DNA of 64,000 bases, taken from the NCBI GenBank assembly GCA_000934665.2, contig KZ538044.1, positions 62,001 through 126,000 on the forward strand, given 5' to 3'. Below, in pieces: positions 42,701 to 55,896 of this stretch (the first letter of the stretch is position 1; each line of letters starts with the position of its first letter). The translations under genes and the position numbers were made by a program. The stretch is from Catajapyx aquilonaris (lineage: Eukaryota). Under the pieces are notes generated by a model. It saw only the letters and a program-made list of their open reading frames with translations, ran no database searches and had not been told where the DNA came from.

Positions 42701-44373
42701 CTTCACTGTATGTCCAGGAGGCAAAATCTTATTCTTCTTCCCCCTTCTGAAGGTCTATAGGCAGGAAGCAAGCTTTTGAGGCATTTGAGGCCAGGCTGGT
42801 GAAGACCACCCGGGGGTTGGAGATTTAATGCCCCTCCATCACCCATGGGAAAATCTTTTTTCCATTATTCCTACCATGACTGCCAACCTCCCCTTATTAT
42901 ACCGCCCCTTTAGTGAAAAAACTGAAAGTGATTGGCTGAAATAATATTCATCACAAAGAACGCACTACAAGTGTGTGAAATCCAAGATGGCGTCCTACGA
43001 GGAGTGTAACGTGCTAATAGGCGTCGTCTCGGTTGGAGGGCCAAAGTGGCCGTCATGCAACCGAGGTCTGGATGGCCTAGGACGCCATTTGCGACAAGAC
43101 ACACAAGGGTGCAAAAAAAATAGGAGGATTCGTCCCTGGAGACTGCACAAAGTCTGTGGCGCCGATTTCTCTTGGCACCACAGTTGCCAGCGCAGGAGAA
43201 GCTTTAGTGCGCCAAATCAAGGCGGCCCATTCCCCAGGCCCATTCCAGGCCTCCGCGAAATTGGCCCAAAGAGAACCCGGCGTCATTCCTCTTTTCACCG
43301 CAACCTACGCCCTGGAATTACTCACTCGGCCTATACGGTCGTGGGGTCCACTCGCCCAAAATATGGCAGCCTCGCCTTTGTCACCCCGATGCCTGCTCGG
43401 GCGTGCACGTGTCACTATAGGCTTAAGGACCCCGGGGGTTCCGACACCCATGCAAACGATAGCCGGGGTAAACTTGCTGCAAATTCGCAGCATGGTGGTG
43501 AATTTTGGCCTGCTGACAATGTGGGGTCGCATTTCTGGGCACCACAACTTTTCAGTCGAACTTATTTCCAAAGCATGTATTTTCCTATTTTACTAACCAT
43601 AATCATAGTTTGCTTCGAACTGTAGGAAAGATTCATAGTAATAGCTCAATGTTTTTTCCCCCGTTTATTATAACAATTTGAGAGTGGCGTATTTTCTCTA
43701 AACTAGTCATTTCATCTCTGGGTAATCTCACAGTGCATTTCATGAGCACCTAGTTGCCCTGCAGGGACCAATAAGGCATAGTCGTCTGCACAGTGAAGGT
43801 TCAGGAGCAGTATTCATTAGGAAAGCGAACAGCTGGCGTCGTTTAACACGGGTCCTGTAATGAGTGGTAGATAGAGCTAACCTGGTACAATCAGCTTTAG
43901 CTGGATTGGACAGCCAAGGGAACACCGCCACCCCCCAGATTTCCTTCTGTTCCCGGAGGCCTTAGCAGCGCAACTGCTGGCCACGAAGCTTCTCGGCCGC
44001 TCGCCGACGCCGTGCACAGACTATACTTCGCTTTTCGCCAGAGGAGCCCACACGTTTTTTGCTGTTGTGGCCGTTCTGGTCGTTACACATTTTAGTCGCG
44101 CAAACTTTGGAGCTGGGGAGCCGTTTTGTCCTGAATAATTTTTGCTGTCGACTTTTTTACGGTGACATTTCTTCAGCATGGGAGTTTTGTCGGTAGCAAT
44201 TACGAATGAAAGCCATCGTTCGCCTTTTTTTGGAGGTTCACAGGGGTCCGGAATAGAAAACGGATGTATCAAAATAATCGCAGCTTTTGAGTTTCATTTC
44301 ACGATTTAACACGAGTCATGTTTTGTATGAAATACAGTACATTCCTATATCAGACTTGTATTACTATTTACTA

Positions 44374-44721
44374 CCCATCTAAGTTATTAATACATGAACA
44401 CTGGAACCTACATCGATCTACACTCACGTTAGCTTTAAAAATGTTCGACCTACTGATCTAATGTTTCCCTCTGTTCAGTGATACAAGTACGAATGTTCTG
44501 TGAATGCCCTGCGAACGTTGCTGTCATTTGCTGAATATTTAGTCATCGAATGTCAAGTATGTTAACATGCTCTATATTCCCTTGCCATTCACAGAATAGT
44601 ATCATTGGAAAACAATTCAATGCCCACTGATGAGCATTCACTTCACGTGGCATTGAACAGCGGATATTCAGGCCGTTGCCTGAACCCCTGAACGTTCACT
44701 GAATATCCGGGCGTAGCTGGG
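44374..44721. mobile_element. Probable decayed non-autonomous foldback/MITE-like element with internal inverted repeats
   Basis: Three internal perfect inverted-repeat pairs (11, 9 and 11 bp), recurring GAAYRTTC-like units, and imperfect ends CCCATCTAAG / CGTAGCTGGG (8 of 10 complementary). Confidence 0.4.
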
Positions 44722-47700
44722 GACTAATCAATGCAGAACTACCTAAGAAACGCCTTTTGATAATTCAACGATTGCAAAGTTGTAGCCACATGGAAACATG
44801 CATTCAATCTGAGAGTGAAAATCGTCCCCATCGCGCAGTTTGGTCCGTATCCAGCCAAATTCCGCACCATCCCGCCCGTTCCAAAGAATCTGCAGCAATC
44901 TGTCAGCATGCAGGCTGGACCGGACACAGTGATTTCCATTTGGGAAAATTGCAGCGCAAAGTGGAATGAAAACACATTATGAAGCAGGCGAACTCACTTC
45001 ATCACTGAAACAGGCACTTTAGCACCCCTTTCAGTTTCTTTGTGCCAAGCAACACCCAGGAGAAGATAGGTCGGCTAAGCGGCCACATAATAGGCCCATC
45101 AATAAGAGCGATCGCTGGGCCCTGTTTTCATCAGGAGGCGGGGGTTCCCAAATCAGCAACAGTTTGTATACAAGCCAAGAGGGGAGGATACGAATGCATC
45201 GCTCTTATCGAGATTATTTATGTGGGAGACGTAAGGCGCATCCAGGAGAGCCGCAGCAGGAGATAAATGGCGTAGCAGAGCGTGGTGGGTCCCCCATCCC
45301 TCGATAATGGATCCCCCCCTCACATTTTCTTCACTTCTCGCCTCCATATCTGAGGAAACCAGACTTATAAAATGTCGGGACATATTGGGTTCGTATTCCG
45401 AAATGAAATTCCGGGTAATGCGATTCAATGGGGGTGAGGGGGTAGTTCGGCAATATGTGCTGTGGTCCCCCCTCATCCTACCCCATCACCCTATATAATA
45501 TGGAAGAGGAGAACCGGCGTGGAGACTCCCTAACTTATTCCAAGCCACAAAGCATAATGGCGGCAGGGGCCTTATAGGACCCTACGCGCTTTATTTGCAC
45601 CGCCAATAATAACAGTTCTTCCCCCTTCTGTCTGGACCCGGGGCGAAGTCTCCCCCTTGGATTTCTATCTGCAATCATCACAGTCATCCAGTGCTGCCAG
45701 ATGATTCTCGGATCGAGGCCAAGCTTCTGACAAGTATGGATTGGTCAGTCTTGATAGGGAGCGTAAAATCCTTATTTTCATTAAATTACAATTTTGATGT
45801 CGGAATCACCCATAATAATTATTATGGAAAATGAGGGAGAAACGCCATTTATAGAGTTCATTTCATTTTTCTACATTACCACAAACTTTCTACGTACAGA
45901 GCAGATTCCACCGACTGTAATAAAATAATAGCTTAATCTTTTATTAAATGTCAGAATCTTCATTCTTATGTAACGAAAGAGCACGAGATGATATTCGTGT
46001 TCAGCGAAAATTTGTACAAGCAAATGAGTGTATTGTACACAGCGTCTCGTGCATTCCTAATTTTAAACCACTGCACTGCCAATAAATATTTTGAAATGAC
46101 AGGGCATGCATGCCCTCTTTAAACTGCCACATCAACATACTTCACACCGAGTAGTAGTTATTGTTTTACGCGTTCAAGAATAGCACACTAAACATGTCCG
46201 CTGTAAGTTGCTGTTTCCTAAATAATAAAAAGAGATGTCAGACTAACTTCGACTCGAGCTTGCTATAAACGATCTTCCCATATTTTCAAATCTTGAAGAA
46301 TTCCCCAATATTCGCCAATTTATTCCCCACACATTTCCAGATTTTAAATCCAATTCGGCAACCTGTTTGAAAGAATCCAGCGGCACTTTTTTTTGCGAAA
46401 TGCAGCGAAATCAAACTGAATCGTGACTGATGACGCATTTAGCTCCAATATACCCCAGAGGCATTGAATATATTTCGCCATCACGGCTTTGAAAGCTCCT
46501 CCCGAATCAGCTCGCAAAAATCCAAGGAACCTAGAAAAGCAGAGCACCTCCAAATTTATTGCAGATACACAGCCCAGAATCAATATTTGCCCTCTCCCCA
46601 TTTATCAATCGGCACATATGTCACTGTATCCCGAACACTCGGTCCAATCTGTAGGGTAAGCAAAACTCATTCCACCAACTACAAAAACATGGCAACTGGG
46701 CTTCGGACTCCCCGGTAGCAAAAGTTCAACAAGCGCAGGATTTATGGGTCAGCAATTGTGGCGATTAAGTGGCCACCAGGAACCAATCAATTGCACGCAT
46801 CCCCATCCTGGACAATAAATTAATCGTGACGTATGTTGCACATTTGACACGGCTTATTGAAGCTGGATCCGGTTCCAAATTCGGATGGGGGAGACACACG
46901 CGGATTTGGGGAAAACTAATTGCGAGTGTTGGTGGCGACCTCTTTCTTTTTGTGCCTTAAAGCACTCCCCAGTTTCCTGTGCTAATGGAACTTGGAGCGT
47001 GCCTTATTTCGCATGCTGTTCTGGTGTAGTTCAGCATCTGTCCAGCCGAGCGAACTAGACTGTTTGGACGCCACATTAAACCCGCCTCCGACTCTTCCCT
47101 TGCCCTCCCCTAAATGTTAGAAAAAAGAGAGAGAAAAGAGGGAGAAGGACCTAGTAAATTAAAGTGAGAGCTGTGCCAAGTGGCCAACAAAGAAAAGAGG
47201 ACAAAATGCCAACCATTCAAAGAGCACTTTATGACTAGGAGAACATGCCGGAGAACTCCGGCTCTTTTTTCTACTCGGGGACACCAGATTTATTTTGTAT
47301 GATGCACTGCAGTCGCAATCCTAACCCACTAGGAATTTTTATTTTGCGCACCTGTAATAAATAATTATTAGCAGGATTGCGACAAATTCAAAAATTAATA
47401 CTGTACTTACTCATTAATATACTTTTCCTGTGCGCTCTCACGAAATTATTGGCAAAAGAAGCATGTCCTCATGTTTTCTATAGCCCAAAAATTTCCATTT
47501 TTTGTGTCTTCTGTATTTTTCCTGTAGTTTTTAACATAGAGTAGGCTAATGCAATATGTTACAAATTGCAAAAAGGGACATTCTGATACCGGTCTATATG
47601 TTCGCAGGATTAAAGAACCTCCTTATCCACATGCAACTGGGATAGCACCCAAGAAACTTTCTCGCCATTACCAGCGTAGCGCACTGTTACGTCACAATAT

Positions 47701-50700
47701 TTCATGTTTGTATGCGGTTCTTTATTACATCTCCCATGGGAAGCAGTATGCTGAACGTGGGAAACAAAGTACAACTCGTACCCGCTCTAGTCCCCTTTTA
47801 ATCCTCTTGTAAATCGTGCAAAGTACAACTCATACGGGAGCACAACATGCTGCACTAACACACTGCTTATGGACCATCGACAAACTAAAAGTGCAATCTT
47901 GAATCTGACAGTCGAAGTGTATTACACTCGTTACATCCCTCATCCTGTGAGTGCCACTACCTGCAGCACATGTTACTCCTAGAATATCTAGTATTACAGT
48001 CCACAGCCATGAAGCCCAAAATAGAATAACAATGAAATGACAAGTTACGTTACACTTAACAGTCTGTAATTGAACCAAACTAGTGGCCTGCATGAAGCAT
48101 CACTACAATAGGCGGAAATAATAATAGGTGCTAAATCATGCAAATCAATCCGACACATTTCCATTCGATTGATTTAAATCAACGCTGACAATAACACGCT
48201 CTCTGCTAATGTTTAAAATTTTTGCGCAAATTAAAGGAGTGCGTCCCTAATAAAGCGGGTTAACTCTAGCATACCTGCCCGGATTGCAAATGAGATCAGC
48301 ACCAATTTGCTTGCACCTGATCCACTTGTTTTAATTGGTGCGCCGGAACAGGTAACCCAGGCTGTATCTTGGCTGCTAGTTGGAAGCACCGAGAGATCTA
48401 CTCTGCATAGATAGCAGGCCGCATCATCTCAGGAATAACAAACACATGATCGTATGTAGAAGTGACATTCTACATGACTTATGCCCGACTGCATTACTGA
48501 TATTGCCTATTGTGTATAATCTGGGCTAACTGTACCAAGAGCTGATTTGCATTAGTACTAACCATCATTACAATTTTGTAATAACTGTTAGTAAAAATAT
48601 TAAATTTTGTCAGCACGCAGTCGCAGTGACGGGACATTTTCATTGACGATGGAAATAATGCCGTGATCAGAAGTGCGAACCCATTGTAAATGTTAATCAG
48701 ATTCGAATGGTTTCCTTCGTTCGCTGTGCGGAATGCAGATGGAAGACGATTACCATTCCACTCTAGCACAGACATCTGCAAGTATTTACAGAAATTGATT
48801 TTTTCAAGCTTCAGTTGACCACTTAAGATGATTTTTTTCTAGTTTTCCCCCCATGTCTAACAAGAACAGCTCATGTCGAACATTCTAAATCGATATAGGA
48901 ACATCTTTCCTATTTCTCAAAAATTATTCATGTCTTTAAGTTACGGCTGACATTCGAACATCATAGCTCGGGCAACACCGAACCCCATCTGACGACTATA
49001 TTGTGAACTCAATGACGGCGCCATAACACAAAATTTTCCGTCATATTTACTGTACTTCCCATCTGCTACAACTGTTCCCAGTTACATTGCAGCAAATATG
49101 CACAGAACATCCAATTTACATTGGCAAAAAAGTTTTTCCAATACTTTTGGTGCAATCAGGTCCCCAGTATTGAAGCCCGATAATGCATAGGGGCCATGGC
49201 AAAGGTGAGATTTTTTTACGAGCTGAAAACCATCTGTGCAAAACGACCTCGTATCCGCAGGTCGGTATATAGGGACAGGTATAACCCACCCAGTAAAAGA
49301 GATTCCCAGCAGAGCCATTAGAGTAATGAGAGAGGATTCTTGTGGGACTAGTCCCTCTGCACACCTGACTATACAACGTAGAGAGAGAGAGAGAGTCGGT
49401 GCTGTTTGTGGTCCAATTTGCGTGTCACGACTCGTGTTTCGCTCTGCACTTGCTGCATGCTCCAGCAGCTTCGGATTAAAATATTACCCAGAAGCACGCC
49501 ATTACATAAACCTCCCTCCTCAGGCACGGGGATTTTTTTTTCTGTCTTTCACACTGATAGGGCAAGGAATTACATTCTAACATAGCGGTAATGTTGTCCA
49601 GTCTAGGACTAAATTGTTCTGCGTTTTTTCCTCTATCCTATAGTGCAGTAATGAGATGAAACCATGCGATAAATAGTACAACTTTATAACGCAATAACAA
49701 CGTGAGGATAAGTAGTTAGTTGAAATATTTTACGAGCACGTTGTAAACAAGGTGCAATTCTACTTATTCCCGATGGGAAAATAAAACGCTGCAAAATGCG
49801 ACAGTGAAAATATTCACGGGCAAGTAATTTAATGCTACTTTAAGCCAACTTATCTGATGTTGACAAACAAGGCCATTGCTGTAAGCATTAAGTAAGACTC
49901 CTCTGTAATCCGAACTGGTCGAGCCAGATCTCCCGAAGGTGTATACTAATGTGGTTTAATTAATTAATCTGGAGCCTAATTCCCCTGGGCCATTATCTCT
50001 CTTGGGTGCTTAAGCGCGACATCTACCTCCTTTTTTTTTATGAATCCAACCCTTTCACACCCGCGGCCCTGAATGGAGATGCAACTAACCCAAAGTTTGG
50101 TGGATTCGGGTAATTAGTTAAGCAAACGGGTTCGTCTTGCAGGCTTCATGTATGATTCAACATTATGCCAATGGCATCGATTGTGCCAGCAGTGTAGTGA
50201 GTCTCTCTTGCTCCTGGTAATCTATGTAGTTTACATTGATATATACAATTTTTTTTACCCGGCACCATCGAAAGATACCGCCTCTTTTTTTCAAAAAAAA
50301 TGTCTCCTAAATTCACATTTGTATCCCCGTTTATAAATGCGTCGGATCATCTCGTAAAATATGTCTGAAAGTCTAGTCGTGACATACGATCTCGTTAGCG
50401 TGTAATTTATGAATAAAAATGTAAGTGACAATATCGAAGTGTCCCCCAGCGGTAAACCGAGGGCGATAAATAATGCCTAACGTCCAAATTTGCCAGCACT
50501 CTTCTTCCATAAAGGAATACAGGGTTTTAGATTCTGGAAGCAGAACGCGAAAAAAAGTATCGGCTTTCTTTTGCGCCTAGAGGACAGATAAAGTAGTTCT
50601 ATGCATTGAATACAGACAAGCGCTCTCGAGAGACTGGAGGCCCATTCGAAATAATGCTGCAGGATTTTTGCTTTAGCTGTACATAAATTTATGTTTCACT

Positions 50701-53135
50701 TTAATTTCACCAGAGATTTATCTGCATGGTGATACATATGCGGTTTACAATAGTCACCGTACAGTGTTATTATCTGGGGAAGGTGCAGGTCAGAACACAC
50801 TGCTGTTCCAGACCTAATTAGCCTACATGCTTATTTCACGGGTTGGTTTAATCTTTGATCAGTGTGGTGGTGGAGGGGAGAGATTAGATTCTTAAATATT
50901 TGGTGGGGGCCATTGTATGTGGGGGTCGCAATCTTATGACATGTATTAAATGGAGGAAGGTGACGGTTACTAGTGATACTGATCGAGGTTACATTTATGC
51001 CTGGGATGTCATGCAATAAAAAGTGTCACAGCAGAAAAGTTATCACTCAGATAAAAGGGGAGCGTTTTTAAGCACTGGTTCGATCTGATAAAAACGAACT
51101 ATTGACATGGAAACCAACTAGTGGGTTAATCACTTTACAAAAGTTCAAGATATCTTTTGAACATATCAATAACATCGTGCAATCTTGTAAGAATTACAGT
51201 AGGCTACTACTACAGTTGTCAGTTGGTGTAATACAGGGTGTCCTGGTGATTATGACTCAGGCAGCTGCGAAAATCCCAATTACAATATAGACTACATATA
51301 GTTGTAATAAGTTGTATGTTAAATACGTATCATCATAGTAATGTAGGTCTTGTGGCCAGTTCTGACTTGAAGTTCCATATGTACTGTATAGCAAACCACA
51401 CAGCGCTTTCCTTGCCTAGGAGGCAAATGGTTATATACAGTACATGTTTTCCCTTACCAGTAGCTTGTCATCATTTATGCCTTATTTACCTCAGAGCACG
51501 CTACTTTCGGACGTTAGTATAATTATATTCCATTCCTAACGCCAACAATATGTATAGAAGTCTCTTACTGGAATTACAGTATTCTGCTGAATCCCAGCAG
51601 AAATGCGTCGGCTATTATCATGCATCACATAATGGCTTTCTAGTTGCAGCAGAGGCACTATTGCATAATTATGTCAATTTGAATATCTGTACGCATGTTC
51701 GAAGATACTTCTTAACCTCTATGCGAGTTAGCCTCCAAACCGGCTTGTTTGACGTTTCCTCATGGAGAAACACTCACCCCATTCATATTTAATTGCAACG
51801 CAGATGAAGCAAAATTGCTCTGCAAGATATATACACACCTCACTTGCGCTAGACAAAACATCGTGCCTTTTAGAATTGCAGAGCACATAACACGACCCAC
51901 TGTGCAGAGCCGCCTTAAAACATCAACACAAAACAGAAAAGGGCAATGTAGTCTAATGGGCATTGTTTAAACCTGAAGCGCGAAGTTCAGAGCGGAAGCC
52001 AAGGGGAAAGCTTCATTACATCCGGCGAGCAGAACTAAGGTTGGAAATACGTGTCATAGAGGGTAGTGTAGTGGAGCAGCTGGCATTTGGGCCTTCTGGT
52101 ATGGCAGAGGATGAGACCTGGGGTAGAGTCGGGGATGGCTTGTCGGCGAGCACTATCTAATCAGCATCTGGCCGTAAAGGCAAATGACTGCTGGTGTAGT
52201 ATGCCGAGGCCATCATTCCCCAGGCTCCTCCTCCGCCTCCCACAACCCTTGCTTATCACCACCACTCTTCAGCTATAAATGTATTTTACGGCGCGCACTT
52301 GCTCAACCATTAACCTATTTCAGGTAAATATCAAGTCTCTCTCACCACACATGTAATGTCTCCCCAGGCATTAATGAAAAACTATGTGTCATTTCTTTAT
52401 TCGCGCCTATTCGCGGCTTCATTCCTGAAGATCAAACGCACTGTAAGTCACGCTCTTCTGTGGTTGGTCTCTGCTTAAATTTAGAAGGCTAAGGAAATAA
52501 GTACATTACTATACAGGTAAAAACAACAGCAGCTTTGTGCATTTAAAGCACCTTTCCCACATAACCAAAATTAAATATGAAATTAATGAGCAAGGACTGT
52601 TTTTACTACTATATATAGCAATAGCTTCAATATGTTGTGTTTTTTTTAATGTCAGGATTGTGTAAGGCTTTGAAATACAGTTTGTGAAAATTTAATGCAG
52701 CAGTTCCGCTCTTTAGAGTAATGTCTCTTAAATTTAATATTTTAAGTTTGAATACCTCTATATAGTGTACATTACACGCAGTGCATGACTCACACCTATG
52801 AAAGTAATGGCAATGATATCCCCAGTGTCTTCAAGCCACTAAAAACACAACGACGGCTGTCTTGGATTGAAAATCAATGATTTATCATGTAATTTGGCTG
52901 ATGCCTTCGCCCATCCATGTTATTACTACGCAGTAAAAAAATGGGCTAAAAGCAGCATTCAATAACTCATCACAGACTCGCAATGACTACACCACCAAAT
53001 AGTCATGCATTTTGCAAACCGTATAGCCCTAGCTATCACAAAATACCTGTCTCCGCCATCAAATCCAAAGAAGGTCCGTGCCCTTGACCCACTATAGATC
53101 CAATCATGATTAATGAAGCGACCTCAGTCATTACC

Positions 53136-53163
53136 TTTTTTTTTAAAAAAAAAAAAAAAAAAA
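53136..53163. repeat. T9-A19 homopolymer junction
   Basis: Read directly from the sequence. Confidence 0.85.
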
Positions 53164-55865
53164 GCAAGCGATAGTTGCGCCAGAGAATCAGCGCAGGGGA
53201 GATTTAGTCGTCCAAGCGCAAAGTTTACCCACAATGTAATCCTGCAGAAGCGAGGCCAAGCTATAGGAAAAAATAATGAAAGTGAGGTGATCACTAAGCT
53301 GCCCTGCCCCCCGGGGGACTAATTATATTTAACGGAAGCCGTTACCTGTAAAGTCTGCAAGGATACGCCGTCATTTTCAGGTAATGGCCTGCAGGGTAAC
53401 CAACTTGCATTTTCCTCACCGAGTGTTGCGCAACTTATTTATTTTTTTAAAGAGTGCATACCTACAACTATATTAGGGTCAGATAATTGTTATGACGAAT
53501 TATGGTCGGTTACTATTGGACCCTTGGGACCGGCCATCATATGTGGAGTCGGAGAAACGTGACGAATGGCTCGGAAAGGTTCTAAACGTTGGGGATAAAT
53601 TTATGACGAATGTGTGATATTACTCGTAGTAAGGGTCTATTTTTACGGCCTAAAATGTGAATATGGTATTAGCCCTTGCTCTGATATTCAACGGAGGATT
53701 TCCCCCTGCATATCCTACCCTTTCTCTAAGCCATGTATTAGCGACACTTGATGGTCTTAACAAGAACTGCATTCAGGTCTAATAATAATTTAGACCAACC
53801 CTTTTCATAACTTAGGATACGTCATCAGTCACAAGATGTCAACTTCTGACTCATCATTTGCCTTCTTTTGAAACCTACTGTATAATATATTCTTCCTACC
53901 TAGTAGCATGTATTTTGCTGAGTCTTGAATAATGTAACTACAACGACATGGTACACAATATGATAAACAGGCGGCGGTATCATCAAAGGCAAGTCTCGTC
54001 GCATGATTTAGATGCTTTTTGTATGAATAATAGAGCAACCGCGACAAAGGGTCTAATTCGCGCAAAAAGCTCGTGATCTTATTTGTAGTCGCCCTTTCAT
54101 CTATCCCGCACCCGAATATTTGTCGCTATGTGTATCAATGCCATCGCGGGTCATAAAGGTGTAACTCGGTCATGATCTGAGCAAACGAGGTGGATATTTG
54201 AGTGAAAAATGGCGTCCAGCTGCCAACAAGTTCTACGACACTGGTGATCACAGCATCTGGACCCAATGTCTCAGGATGAGAAAGACAGGAAAAAATATAT
54301 AGGGGTCCATGGTGTAGCCCCCTTTTCCTGTGAGGATTCCGACGGCAGTTTACAGCCTGTCCCGGATTTTAAGAGCCTCCGTTTGACGGGGCCAAAGTTG
54401 CTCTTTTCGTCCCGGATTACCCGGGGCCGGAGTGGCAATAAAGAGCAACGTGTCATGTTGCACCGTTTGCCCAACAGGCGCAAAGGGAACTCTTTGCTTC
54501 GTGTGCCAGACTTGCAGCTTGGAATACTTAATTTTCCAAAGCTAAAATCGCCCCCACTTCCTTTTAATCTCCCTATTCGCACCTTTTTCGCCAGTTTTAC
54601 CGGCCGCTGCGCCTCATCGTGAATCGTTTCTGATGGCTCGTGTTGCAGGTTGGATTGCTGGGCCCCTTTTTCGAGCGTTATTTGCAGCCTTAATTCTGAG
54701 TTTATCTCATGGAATATCGATTCAAACTTTGGCGTTGTATGGCTCAAGTTTTAAAAGAGGGAAAGGAGAAGGTGGTTCGTATGATTGGTGTGTAAGTTCA
54801 AAGCACAAGCCTACTCTGAAGTTTCATCAGGGAGTGCACAGTGGATGAGGAAACACATAATACACATTTACCTACGATATGATCGAGCCATCGTCCGCAC
54901 TGATTGAATAACGTCAATAACCCAAAAAATGTTTATTAAATACTGTACTTGCAATTATATAGAATGCTGGCAGACATGAATGTGCGCTTTGGGTCGTACA
55001 ACAATATCGTAAATTACCAAAACACTTGATGTGTCCTTGGGGCCTACTCATGACAGGATGGTCGATTCTGACAACAAATTGGTTGCCATTTTGCCCTCAG
55101 AGGAGAGGGATTCAAGCAATAAGTGCGTCCCCCTGCTGTCGTTTTGTGAGGAAAATAACGACGCGATGCCAACATCAGATTACAATCATGTCAATATAAA
55201 ATTAATTATAGCCCAGTCGGTTTTTCTATACATTACGTTTCCGTTTATTTATTTTTTTATCTGATTAGTTATAACGAAGACATGGTCAGAAACAACAGCA
55301 TTTTTCCATATTACATTTTTAGAGTGCTTCTACTATTTTATTGGGATTCTCCCATTATCCCATACATATTCATTGTGGGTTTTACAGGTTTCATTACGCC
55401 AGTAGAACCGAATAAAAAAATAATACAGATAATTTTCACCTTGAACCGCCACAATCTTCAGTGAAACGTGAAATTACCTTTGACACATAGATTGTGTTAC
55501 CTACTGCCAAAATCCGAATTTGAAATTCATCACAATTGCACGGTTTTTCTCATTATATTTAATTATAGAAATATGCATTATTTTGTAGTGCTGCTTGGTT
55601 ATAATATCTATAATTGACATATCTTCCCTTTTAAATGCGGTACCGTATCGTTACTAGATAGATTTATGCGGTAGTCACCACTCTATAGTAATGTTCCAAA
55701 AATTGGCGAAATGACGTTGAGAATGGCCAAACGGACACTACCAAACGGACAGTCACTAAAAAGATCGAATTGGTAGGCTATAGAAATCCTGATAAAGTCC
55801 TGATCGCATTGAATGTCGATGCATGTATTAACAAAAATTATGCACAAAAATACACTGTGCATTGT

Positions 55866-55896
55866 TATCGATACCTTGGTTCTGGTGTGCGCGAAA
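55866..55896 (+). promoter_or_regulatory. Putative CP110 promoter: DRE (TATCGATA, 55866-55873) plus E2F-type site (GCGCGAAA, 55889-55896)
   Basis: Exact matches to the Drosophila DREF-binding DRE and to the E2F consensus TTTSGCGC (reverse strand), 15 bp apart and about 950 bp upstream of the CP110 ATG. A possible 5'UTR donor CAG|gttact lies at 55950. Confidence 0.55.

Noticed and set aside
42975..43625. Overlapping 216-aa and 146-aa ORFs
   Set aside because: GC-rich block open in several frames on both strands, with Arg/Pro/Ser/Gly-rich translations typical of non-coding DNA.
47247..47270. GC hairpin followed by a T-run resembling an intrinsic terminator
   Set aside because: Eukaryotic context, 2-nt loop and no upstream gene.
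54271..54747. 158-aa minus-strand ORF
   Set aside because: No recognisable homology or clear donor site; cannot be fully excluded as an exon of a divergent transcript.
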